DNA of 43,255 bases from Catajapyx aquilonaris (lineage: Eukaryota): positions 62,001-105,255 of the forward strand of contig KZ538192.1 in NCBI GenBank assembly GCA_000934665.2, given 5' to 3'. Below are positions 1 through 11,730 of this stretch, one piece after another (position 1 is the stretch's first letter; each line of letters begins with the position of its first letter). The notes under the pieces were generated by a model. That model ran no database searches, had not been told where the DNA came from, and saw only the letters and a list, made by a program, of their open reading frames with translations. The position numbers and the translations under genes were made by a program.

Positions 1-2819
1 GACTACACACCATTTTGATGGCCATCTTCCCCCCCGGTTATTATCGACAGCACTATACTTGTAGGAGGCTATACGCCTTTGGATTGTGTGCCAGCATCAA
101 CTGGAAATGCATTTGGGGATTATCTGAGGAAACCCATCAATCCTGGTAGCAGACACACACACTTCGGAAGGCTCAAAACGCTTTTGTCTCCTACATTACT
201 TCCTTGGGTCAATGAAGAGAAAAGGGTGTTACCAAGGCTCAATATTGTCCGGCACGTCAAAAGAGCTCCCTCGCCCAGTGTAACCGTCCGATGCACGTTT
301 GACCTCAGGATAAGCTACAAAAAAGTTGTAGCAGAGCTATAGGTTGTCGCTGGGCTATAGCCGTTAATAAAGTCTCAAGGCACGTCAAACTGGTCCGGAT
401 AAACATAAAAGTGTCGCGGAGGCGACATGGCCGCTTGGCAGTGATAAAGGAGGGGAATAAATTGCGGTAAACGAATCTACGGCAGATCCGAATATTGCTT
501 CTTTGCTGACTTATTCATAGAGTGGTGGTAGTGTAGTGTAGCCGTGCACTTGTGGTGCTTGCAGAATTAAGCAAACTCCCTTTATTGAACTTGGCAAGCC
601 CTGAAGGCAGATTCTGGAGGTTCCAAGCCGCACGACATTCGTAACTGCATTGTGCAGTTGAAAGGTACACAACTCGGAAATTCTGTTTCATGCCGTCTGA
701 TAAGATACAGCGGTCTGCTACCGGCCTTCTTGTGAACTGCAATGCTTCAGACCAGAGAACAAAGGGAAGCCCAAGGTCAGAGAAGTGGAGATGAACAGAG
801 AACAACATTATCTACCGCACTTTGTTGGAGCTTAGCAGCGCAAAATAATACCATGCCCGCCTTTTCTCTGGAGCAAACGGCGATTATTCTAGGCTTTCAG
901 CTATTGCGAATGGAGTAAGGCCCTATTTATCTTAATGCCATGGTGTACTGAAGGCGACGATGAAGGAGAAGGAGAACAAACTTTGTACCGGGTAGGAAGT
1001 TTGTGGATCCCGGCGGGCTTTGAAAGGACCCCAGAGACCACTTTGTGATGTGGTGGGTGGATGGGTGGGGGAGATGGGTGGGTGGGTTGAGGGAACTCTA
1101 TATGGCTGGGTGTAGGGTTATAGTGATGCTTAATCCTACCCATTTTCCACTTTGAGATTTGTCAAAGCTTCTGAAAGCTGCAAATACACCGCGGAGAGAT
1201 ATTCTTAGCCTCATTAGGATTATCGCTTTCTCTGGCTCCTTCAGGCTGGGGTAGTAATAAGCAACCACACTTAGCGAACATTAATGTATATCTTCACCGC
1301 TTATAATGAGGATTTAACTCGGTGTGGTGTTGGTGGCTGGGGAGTCGGTGAGTTGAGGCCGCGGCTTATTGCATTTCGGGGTCTTGAACAGTGTCAAAGT
1401 GTGTGCGGTGCCATCAGAGCATAGCACATTAGCAGGCACTATTTTTGAGGAGCGCCCTGACTGTTTGATTGGAAAGGACCGGAACGAATGTTTGAGATAA
1501 GGGGGACCACAGTTTTAATGGGGTCGGCGGTTGTAAATTTTCTGAAGCATGGAGCCCAGGAAGAATCTAGCTATGCCATCACTGATATACGAGCCATAAT
1601 TTTCTGATAAAATTGCCGTCTTTTTTGTGCCTACCAAGCACCGGAGGTTTTTTTATTATTATTTTTGCATGTCCTTAATTGTTTACGAGTACCGTCTATT
1701 GCAATTTAGGATCCGCATTTTTCACGTACATTTCAACACTGAATGCATGTTGTGTAAAAGCACTTTTTTTAGTGTTTGCGAAGTGTGGCAGTAATATCGA
1801 ACCGTTTTGCACATCTTGAATTTACAGTCGGTTCAGCAGCGGCTTGTAGTCGGAGAACAAAAGCCGGGCCCTGCTCGCGCGCTCGTATATCTTCAGTTAG
1901 CATAGTGTAGCCTATGATTCTGCGGAAACATCCAGCATTGACACCATAACCCTAATGAGTGGTCCGCATTGCGGTATAGGAGTGCGATATAAAACGTGAG
2001 GCCCGATTAGCCCTGTTGATGTTAAAAGCTTCCCAACACCCCGAAATTGGAATGGGCTGACTGCTGAAGTGAGATTTGGAGAATTTGTTGCCCAAAAGGC
2101 GTCGGCGCCTGGAATGCTACCTCTAGTGTACGCGATCAGTTATGTTGTTTGAATAAATTCCTCCCCCGTTGTGGCTGTGAATTCATTCAATGAAGGAAGT
2201 AAGGCCAACCGCAGGACCGTGGATTGGGGGTACCCCTTTGAGGCCAAACAAGGCAGTTAATTCGGAATAGAGTGGAAATTATAGGGCTTAAATTCGCATC
2301 AGCGCAGGTTGTTGCCTCATCAGCAGCCTTTTCACCATCTCTCTTTGAAGTGGCGCGAGATTAGACATTATAGTAATACTATATAATTGAATTGGGGTGA
2401 GCATATCTAGCTTGTACCGCTTTACCATTAATATCCTGCAGGTACTGTGCAATCAGGGTGTCAGCTCTAATATTCATTTACATCGCTATACTGAAATTTC
2501 TAGGGCTGCTTTCTTATTACCGCGTTATTGCGCATTTTACCAAAAACCTCATCTGAACTACGTATTTACACAGTATCAGATCAGTTGCCTTCAATTTCTA
2601 AAATCTGTGACTGCCCATATGGTGCTGCTTAAATTTATTTTCATTCCGCCTGAATTTGGTTTGTTTATTGAGTTTTATACTGGAAGGAAATAAAAGAGGG
2701 TTCTTTTGCCCGCCTTTTAGGGAATGTGACAGGAAGTGACATGTGGCTGCATCTGTGCCTATTTCTCTCCGGAAAGCATGTTTATTCTATAATACACAAT
2801 CTTGTTTCATAAACAGGAA

Positions 2820-2871
2820 TCCCCCTCCCCCCCCNNNNNNNNNNNNNNNNNNCCCCCCCCCCCCCCCCCCC
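2820..2871. other. Poly-C tract containing an assembly gap (N at 2835-2852)
   Basis: 18 N between C homopolymers; a further single N sits at 11695 in another C run. Confidence 0.95.
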
Positions 2872-2960
2872 AAAGAGGATGATCGCCAAGTAAAACACTT
2901 CTACAGCACCATGTGAAAATAGTGCAGGTCTACCAAGAAAATATGAACCAGCATACTCAC

Positions 2961-3195
2961 TTTTGGCCGGCAGGGATTCCCTGGTGCCCAAGACGGAAGC
3001 AAGTCGTGGGCCTGATTCCTCCAAAATAGTTTCTCGGACGTCCCGATAAAGGGAGAAAATGGAGGCGATGCATTTGAGGCTGAGTTTCCCACGGATAAAA
3101 TCTCTGGAGGTCAGCGGGTAGTCCAAGAGCACCACCGCGTTCTCCAGGCCGTCGTCGTCCACATAAGGCCGATGGCGTAGGCGTGTCTCAGACAC
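2961..3195 (-). CDS. beat: Coding exon of a Beat-family Ig protein; C-terminal half of Ig2 plus start of linker
   Basis: Acceptor 'cccttttttattccacattggcag|GTG' and donor 'AAAA|gtgagt'. 235 nt, phase 0 in and phase 1 out. Translates VSETRLRHRPYVDDDGLENAVVLLDYPLTSRDFIRGKLSLKCIASIFSLYRDVRETILEESGPRLASVLGTRESLPAK. It contains D-G-L-E...L...F..G-x-L-x-L-K-C-x-A-S-I...Y with the second Ig2 cysteine, and corresponds to part of ORF 2782..3195. Confidence 0.9.
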
Positions 3196-5146
3196 CTGCC
3201 AATGTGGAATAAAAAAGGGAACGGTAAAGGGTTATTGAACGATGTGCCTCAGGCCTGCCCATACCGATATTCTACGCTCAGGGAAATCTCCAAGCAGATA
3301 TCCGCCTTTTGAGGGGAAAGGGACGTCAGCTGTGTGGGTCAACCTTGATCAAAGTGGGTTCGTTTGATCAAATACACTGGAGAGCTACTGCAGTATGTCC
3401 TGCAGCACATAGCCCAGGGTATGTTGCATTATACACTTTCTTAAAGATATTATATTAGAAAATAACTTATGGACGAATAACTGATTTTCTAATTAGGAAG
3501 TGCTGATGTTAATTTTAACATATAAAAACTTAATCATCTGGAAAGATTACGTTTTGGTGGATTCTACACCATTACTGGAGGTGTTATTACCCCCGTTGTA
3601 AGTGGCGTTCAAATTGGGTCATGATAACGCAATTCGGATGCCACCAAACGTAGTAATGACACTGTTGACGCGCGTATGAGCAGGGCCCATGTATTGATAC
3701 TTCTCAAACTCCGCTGTAATTAATCCATTCCCGTTTAATGGTGATAATTCCATGATCCATATAACTCTTGATCCATTAAGTCACTCGAGGCAAAAAAAAG
3801 CCATTAGAATAGCAGGAATGTAGTACTGCATGTAACAAACATTGGAGGATCAGAGCTTTGTAGGGCTAGGTAATGCAAAGCTTTTAAACTCAGTCATCAT
3901 TTTAAAACACTGTTTATGCCATACTCTGAAAATGAACATGCAATTTGAAGAGTTTTCTAAAACTTCCATGTTGATACAGCCAGGCTTTAAGGTGATGGTC
4001 CCCCCTTTATACCAGCATAGAGCAGAATATGAAAGAAAACGTGGCACCCTCCCTCTCGGTCGGATCCCTATCTTGTCCCCAGGATGCCATCCACGGTCAC
4101 CTCCCGTCGTTTTCAAATCTGCGGTACCCGGAGAGCCAAAGGACGCATCCGCGAGGTTAACGAGTTTCCAAGGGCTTTCTGTACTCCATGAAACCGTAAA
4201 GCACAGTCGGATGGCCCTTTTCCTCAGCCATAATGCCTCCGGTAACGAACGAGACTTCTCGCCACATACTGGTTTTGTTCTAAAGGGTGATGTCGTGAGT
4301 AGGTCTCTCTGTTCGGGCTACCAGAAGGGGGGTATGGGGAGGGGTGGAAATACCTATGTCTTTTCTTGCTTCCAGCTCTCATGGTTTTTCTTTTCCGGAT
4401 GAGTTCTGTCCGCGAGCCCCCGTCTGAATGTAATCCCCGAGCCCGCCATTTCCTTCTTGAATCCCTGTCACCGAAAGTAATTACGGAGGCGTCAACGGGG
4501 ATGACGGATTCATATGGAGCTGTAAGGTCGGGGTATCAAGCCTTGGGAGGTCTAATGTGAAAAGTTTTAAGGCAGTGGTCATGCGTGTTGGACCATGTTG
4601 TTCATCCCTTGCAAACAAACATGCGGTGGTTTTGTTCACACGGGATGTAGCAATTTTCCAATATAATAGGGGGTGAAGTGAAATTGATCAGTGAATATTT
4701 CCGCCTACAAAGGCACAGGTGGCCTAGCGGTTTTTTACACATATTTGGACAAAAAAGGGTCAATTTTTGAAGCCATTTGCACGTAGCGTTATGAGGTTTT
4801 ACTGTAATGATATCAGGTGACGGAAACCGTGAGCTATGGGTGCAGTGCCTGGCGGTGTTGCAAGTGAAGTTAATTTTCCAGGGCCTTTCTGCATTGCGTC
4901 ACTTTCTTTTGCCCTCCATCTCAACAAATGTAGTTATTAGCTTCCGTTGCTGTGTTCCTGTAACAAATGGGAATTATGCCGCCGTAATGGACTAGCGGTT
5001 GAACTATAACGGTCTTTCTGCTAACCGAATTTTCCGTTCCCTGACTGATTCGTCAATTCGCTACCCCACCTGAAATCGAGTTAGGCCAAACTTTTGTTTC
5101 ACCTATCGATTTTCGATCTTTAGCCGACCCTGCTCTAAACTTTTTT

Positions 5147-5158
5147 TCTCTCTTTCTC

Positions 5159-5213
<55 letters not shown>
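5147..5213. repeat. (TC)n microsatellite
   Basis: Directly visible; explains the ERERER ORF at 5135..5341. Confidence 0.95.
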
Positions 5214-5218
<5 letters not shown>

Positions 5219-7667
5219 CCACCCCCTCCTAACCCGGGATAAAAGTTCCCAACGAAAACCGTGGAAGCGACAACAAAGCATCATCATCCCTTTTATTGGT
5301 CTGACATGTCCTCCATCCGCAGGTTTTGAAAGCCTGATCATCTTTCCGGGTAAGTCTCCGGTTCAATGCGGCGCATTTGCCAGGGTATACTGCCCCTAGA
5401 AATCGATTCTTCTTGATTGAAAATGCTGTCCACTAAAATCGCAGAAGACGACGTGACCAGAATGCACGTGCTCCCGGAACGAGCCCAATCTGCAACAGTT
5501 CGGAAAATAACTGCTGGTACGGGGAGGAAAATCCGGAGCTCGTGCTCTGACCGCCGAACGATGCATATCGCTTATGCTGTTTACACATTAATATGAAAAC
5601 ATGTTTGCTGAATGTATAGGTCATGCGTACAAAACGCAATGCCCTTGGGTGATGCTGAAGGCTTCATTGTTTGACTGACTGCTCCAAGGAGCAGGGTAGC
5701 CAACCAGACACGGTAGCAGCTGACTATTGTATTTATGTACAGTACACTCGTGGATTAGTGATGCAAAAAATATGAGTTTATCCACAGGGTGTCTGGCAAT
5801 TTGATTATGTCGAGTGCATCCAGGACAGTTGTGTAGGCCCTGTGGTCGATGTGGTGTAAGCCAATGTTGGTGTTGTTGCCAGGGCCCCAAAAAATGTCAA
5901 ATTAATGTCAGGGCCAATGGCCTAATGCTAAACTGCAGTCCACACCACAATATGACGTAGGGCAATGGAATATCATATTCATAACCGGAATTCGTTCTTG
6001 TTGACGAGCCGGCTCTTTGAAGTGGCTTAGAAATTATGAATCCCATCATTCCCATGAATCAGAACTGCGTCTGACAAAAAGCCATTAATTTCATTAGGTT
6101 TTCTCCAACCATAAGATGGGTTCTTTACTATATGTCGATGAAAAATAGTTGAAGCTCTCACTATAACCCTGTATAGATGGTCCGCTTTATATTTTAAAAT
6201 GGTTTACACTATCTAATGCAAGAAGTTATCAAAATCACAAATTCATAACATAAATGAATGGCAAAATTCAAAAACACAGTTCAATGCTTTTTGTTGGACG
6301 ATAGCAGTTTCGATTTATTGATGAAAACTTGGTATTTGTAGTAATACACATTTTCGTGTATAAATAATAATTAAAAGCACTCAGTGTCTATTTTAACCTA
6401 CTGATTCACTTCAATGACTCATTTAATCCAACATAATACACGCAAGCATTAAATGCACAAAATTATGAAACACCATTCACATCATGTTTGTGGGCAAAAT
6501 AAGTCCACCACTAATGGTTGCCACACCTGTCAGAGCCCTCCCAATCAGACGTCACTTGCGGAATAATTTCTGACCCTCTTCTCCCGGATTCCACCATTCA
6601 GTGGTGAATAGTACCGGGCAGTTATCCTTGTCAGGTTGTTTTATCGCTCCCATGGTAGTACACAGGGAGACAGTCTTAATCCCGCGGAACAGAAATCGAC
6701 TGCTGCGGATGTCCGTATATATCCACGGGTCCTAAGCTAAGCGGTGTCTTTAGAAGGGTGCAATTTGAGAGGATGGGTACAAATTCCGTTAGGCTGACTG
6801 CGAGACAGGACGGGGATTGGTGCAGAGGAGATGCCATCAGTCGAGGCGGTATGGGCAGGGGGTGGGGCATCCGAGGGGTGAAGCTCGATGAATTTGGAGC
6901 GCTGGTCCAGGATGGTGCTTGATGGGCCTGGACGGGAAGGGGCTTCAGCTCATTGCCGGTCATCTCCATGCTGATGGCGGCGATGACATTTTGGAGCAAG
7001 TGAGGAAAGGGAGGGTGGGAGAAAGGGGGAACGGCTTTTCTTGTCGAGTAGCCTACCTCGCGGTACTCTCCGAGATGGTCACCTGGACCGAATATCCCAC
7101 GTGGTAGACAGGGTAGGAAGGCACGCGCTCTCAGAATCGATGGACAATCGATGGGAATCGTATTCAGGTTTATCAGGATCTAATGCCTTCTGGCAACTTC
7201 TTCAAAAATATAGGGTCAATGTTGGAGGAACACTGATTGCTATAAGCTGCTTATCGCATAAGCTATTGATCATGTAGTAGTCACAGTACCTCCTGTACAT
7301 GAGTCATTTTGCAGCCTATAGAAGCAGGAAAATTGTTGGTATAGTAACCAATACTACATGTCGCTATAACAAGCTTCATATATGATACATTCACGGTAAT
7401 TACTGCAGTTAATTGCTCGAAATGAATTGAGTGCGCAGGTGCGGCAAAAAACATCCCTTATCCATAACTAGCATGCTTATGGCATGTGACAGGTGATGTT
7501 GTTACAGCAAATGACGCGTGAGTTGTGTCAGGCAATGGTGTATGAGGTACATAATACTGGGCAATTTAATTGACCAGTAACAATTACATGAAGGAGGATT
7601 GTTTTACAGCGTTTAAGTATGGAAAAAGACATGACACAATGATTTGGCAGGAGATTTGGATAGTTGG

Positions 7668-7921
7668 CCCCTCATCTCGTACAGAGTTCAGGGTCACCTC
7701 TGGCTTCGTCTCGGGTGGTATTTCCACAGACTAAACAACCCGGGGAGTTCACTAAAAATGGCCACATAAAGACATTGCACTGCACCTTGCACATCCCCTC
7801 TTGTCATCCTGCCCGTGGGCCCGGGCGCTACGTAAAAAAGGCTCGTACTTCATATAATAAATAAAGGTCCGTGCTGCATACCTCAGATGAGGCCAAGCAC
7901 TACCCCGGATTATTATTATTA
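7668..7921 (+). mobile_element. 5'-truncated SINE related to family B body, with a different 3' tail ending in (tta)n
   Basis: 7668-7800 aligns by eye with 29418-29552 (tcatctcgt...tggcttcgtctcgggtgg...gggagttcac...gacattgcac...gcacatcccctc). It has no tRNA head and ends 'gcactaccccggattattattattat'. Confidence 0.8.
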
Positions 7922-10008
7922 TATAAGGAAGATGAACTACACAAAGTGAATAAGCTAATACACGTAGCTATTACAAAGCTGTTGTCACTAAGAAATATTC
8001 GGTGGGGAGAAACATCATTGTATCTCTGCATTAACAGTGTGTGTCCACTGTCCACTCTTCAGGATGGACTACATGATAGTTGAGCAAGTTAATAACATTA
8101 TGAAAAAACTTTACTTCGAATTATACGTATCATTAGAAAATTAAATCATTGTTGGGAGTACATGCCTCCAGTGATAATTGTGCGCATGCTATTAGTTTGA
8201 AATTTTAGCGATGTGTTCATTGTCAGTTTTATACCTTCAGCGTGTTTCTAGGTCAATATCAAATGAATAAAATTACAAAATTGCAAATTTGAAACACTGA
8301 TATTATTTTACAACTGGGAAGTAAAAAACTCCTTCCACAATACATAAATATATATGCAGCAAGTTGTTATCAGAAAATAACTACCCTAAATTTATGCAAT
8401 GCCATTTCAACATCTATTCTACGAGTACGTCATCCTTTCAAAAATTGTGATTTAAACCAACGTTATATTGATAAGTACAAAGAACTACGTGAATATTTAA
8501 ACCGTTACCTTAGAGAAGTAATTCTGAGATAAGAGAATATAATTATAGTATGGAGCAAAATCATCCACATGATACCATTACAAATCCAGAGCAGGGCGAT
8601 GTGACATCACCGGTAACTTCCCCATTATGGTATTTAACACTGACATGACCATCCGGCCTTTTCATACTGTATTCATTACGTTTGTTATTGTTCATGTTCC
8701 TGAAGAATTTCTGCCCGTTTTCTGCCATGATAATATTGGTACAAAAAGAAATCCTGAATCGCCGTTCATAAATTGTTAGTTGCAAGTGCCTAAAATAGGC
8801 CCTTTGAACGTTCCGCCAACTTGCCACATAATATGCTTCATGAATAAATCGACGCATAAGGTCTCGTACTGTTTCACGAGAAGAGTACACCCAGCCTGGC
8901 AGGTATGCCGTACAGTGCGAGTATTATCACGACCATACGTTGCAAATCCTAAATTAATGCCATATTAATTTACTTGACAACAGAGTTACTGTAACTTTCA
9001 GAACTGTCATGTACACGCCACACCAGAAAGCGAGCACTTTTCAGCTTTCTATTTCACTGAATATCTGGCATTTACATAGCAACTGTGATATTTGGCGCAC
9101 TTTCGGACAGGACTCATACAACACGTTTATAGTAGTTTGAAATGTGGAAGCGTTGATGTCAAGAACCTGCTCTATGGCAACATTAGACTCTCCATTACAC
9201 CATATAGGCATCTGCTTGTTATTATTTTGTAAACTGTAGCTAGCTGCTTTAGTCAATAACGTAGTGTACTGAATGATCTATAAACCTCATTATTCAAAGC
9301 TTTCCAGTTTCCACCAATTGAATTGTCCGTATCAGTTGTGAAAATTTTGGGTCTATATACTGTAGCTATTATTAAGTAGTTACACTAACGTAATAATAAT
9401 AGGGCACCCCATCATAGGCTTACTATAGGGCCTTTTAATAACAAGCAGAATATTAAAGAGCATTAACTAACACGCTATCAATATATTTTATGCCCCCTTT
9501 GTGTCTCTTGGTGTAGATTTTTGAGACGTCGAACATTTGCTTCTGATAAAAATATGCTAGAGGTTCCAGTTTCTTGCTTCACACTTTGACATGAGTGTGC
9601 CCCATTTTTGTGTTATTTCATGCTCTATCACAAGAGGCTTTTTTGAGCCTGTTTTCATGAGGCAACATTATTTAGAGCGAACGGAAAATTCAGTTGGAAC
9701 ACATCGAATGTTGGACCGTGCAATAACATGTATGAGAGAGTGGGAGTAGTGGAGCGCAGGAGGAATGGGACAGTAGGTTTTTTTTTTCAGCCTGTGAAAC
9801 ATGAAAGCTCTTTTTTCCATGGTATGAAGGCACTTTACTGGGCCTTTCGTATTCTGTAATTACATTACTGTACCTTTTGGCATAAAACAGAAAAGAATGA
9901 AAACCCTATTTTTGATAATTCTTTGTGAAAATAGTGCTCCGAAACAAGAAGGGATTCATTGGTGACAATACGGAAGCGAGTAGGCATGACATAAGCCCCT
10001 TTTTGGTA

Positions 10009-10290
10009 CCGAAGCAGGTTGGCATAGTGGATAAGGCGTCCGACTGCTAATCGGAAGGTCCTGGGTTCGAATCCCGGTGCCGGCAACTCTAACCGTGGTT
10101 TTCTGTGATTTCCCACGGTTTCTCCAGGAGAATTCCGGAGTTGTTTCCTAATAAACAGGCCACAGCCGCCCCCTTCCTTTCCTATCCTCTCCCAAAGAGC
10201 AATAAGTAAAAATGCAAGCAAAGAGTTCCAGACAAAACAAAAATTCCCCCCTAAAGAGCCGCCGGCTGATAACGGGGTATGAATTATTAT
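10009..10290 (+). mobile_element. Full-length tRNA-derived SINE (family A) with 17 bp TSD
   Basis: Pol III A box TGGCATAGTGG (10020-10030) and B box GGTTCGAATCC; anticodon-like arm tccga-ctgctaa-tcgga. Body 'ggttttctgtgatttccc...ctccaggagaattccggag...ggccacagccg...cttcc' resembles insect SINE cores of the Lm1/Talua type (from recall). It ends in (att)n. Exact direct repeat taagcccctttttggta at 9992-10008 and 10291-10307. Confidence 0.92.
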
Positions 10291-10506
10291 TAAGCCCCTT
10301 TTTGGTAATGTTGGTTTTGAAATTACTCTCTCTTGGTTTTATGTGGCGAACTGTTCTTGCCAAAATTAATGCACAACAAGTATGGGAAAATGAATTTAAA
10401 TAAATTTATTCAGTAAAAAGCATTCTACGTACCCTACCTAGGTTTTGAAGGATGTGAATATGTGATATTCTTCTGTGTCTGAATTGCATTAAAATTGTGT
10501 GTACGT

Positions 10507-11730
10507 CAGCGGTTCTCAACCTATGCCACATCGGGGGCCCCTGGAAAGTAATTTCAGATTTCGCGCCACCCCCCACCCCCCCCCCCTTAAACACCCCACC
10601 CATCTAGGCACTACGACATTACTACGACTACTTCACTGCTAGTAAATAGTCCAGTAAGTACCTTACCCAAATCCCATAGTTTACGCGCGCCCCCAAAAAG
10701 TGGAGGGGTGGGGTAGAAAACAAAATGTGATGAAAAATCTCCGTTAAGATTATCTGGACTTTAGAATTGATAATTATGAAGAGTAACAATGGAGCTAGAA
10801 TGGCACCGAAGTTAAAGTTAATTTGACAGTTACCAACTGAAAAAATGTGATTACACTTTGGACAGTGAATTTCGGTGGGGTCTGGTAATAATAATTGCTG
10901 TCACTACATTAATTTGTTACATAGCTGGAGATTTATTTTAATGACGAACCTGAGGGGACACACAAACCCAAAGACTGAATTGAAATTAATTACAAAAAAT
11001 TGTCGCTGAATTAAAAATGTCGATATATCGTTTAAGTTTTCAGAATTTGCTACCCCTTTGCTGAACTACATTTAACATTGTTATCTATTAATAAATTAAG
11101 ATGTGATGACATTGTGTATTTAGACCTCAGTGCAATGTGCTACGATAAAAATTTCAAATGAATAAAATGTGAAATGACTTTTTAAATCCCTGCACTCAAA
11201 AATGCACAGAAAATTCGACATTTGCAAGCCGTGATAAGCATTTTAAAATTCCGTGGTGGATTTTTGTAATTAATTTTAATGCTGTCTTCAGGTTTGTGTG
11301 GCCCGTCAGGTTCATTATTAAAATTAATGTCCTGCTACGTAACAAATTAATGTAGTGACAGCAATTATTACCAGACCCCACAAAAATTCACTGTCCAAAG
11401 TGTAATAATATTTGTTTCAGTTGTTAACTGTCAAATTAACTTTAACTTCGGTGCCATTCTAGCGCCATTGTTACTCTTCATAATTATCAATTCTAAAGTC
11501 CAGATAATCTTAACGGAGATTTTTCATCACATTTTGTTTTCTACCCCACCCCTCCACTTTTTTGGGGCGCGCGTAAACTATGGGATTTGGGTAAGGTAGT
11601 TTAGGAATGTACAGAAGTATTGTACTTACCTATTCAGTGCGACATTTGCGCCTGTTTCGAGTCACAGAATTTTTGTATTCGCCCCCCCCCCCCCNGCACC
11701 CCTTCACGCCCCACCGGTTGAGAACCGCGA
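10507..11730. mobile_element. Older hAT (Charlie/MER20-like) MITE remnant interrupted by the 936 bp element
   Basis: Left end cagcggttctcaacc (10507-10521) and right end ggttgagaaccgc (11716-11728) are inverted repeats of the CAGYGGTTCTCAA hAT type. C-rich 'tcgcgcc..ccc' subterminal tracts occur on both sides. The last bases are decayed and no 8 bp TSD is retained. Confidence 0.65.
10661..11596. mobile_element. 936 bp non-autonomous DNA transposon (MITE) with ~340 bp terminal inverted repeats and TA flanks (Tc1/mariner-like target)
   Basis: Left arm 10661-~11000 (ccttacccaaatcccatagtttacgcgcgc...) is the reverse complement of right arm ~11260-11596 (...gcgcgcgtaaactatgggatttgggtaagg). I count 2 mismatches in the outer ~170 bp. 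TA occurs at 10659-10660 and 11597-11598. The AT-rich spacer is non-coding. Confidence 0.92.

Noticed and set aside
515..808. Possible terminal beat exon after the pyrimidine tract at 805-755 (minus)
   Set aside because: The phase-1 translation after the nearest cag gives no recognisable Beat-like or hydrophobic C-terminus; cannot be supported.
1051..1093. (GGGT)n G-quadruplex-like tract
   Set aside because: Low-complexity simple repeat with no evidence of function.
3842..4402. Longest ORF in the track (186 aa, + strand)
   Set aside because: Non-ATG start, no recognisable domain, no supporting splice structure; compatible with chance in intronic DNA.
10013..10086. Possible tRNA-Ser(GCT) gene
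   Set aside because: Acceptor stem does not pair, no long variable arm, and it is the head of a TSD-flanked SINE.
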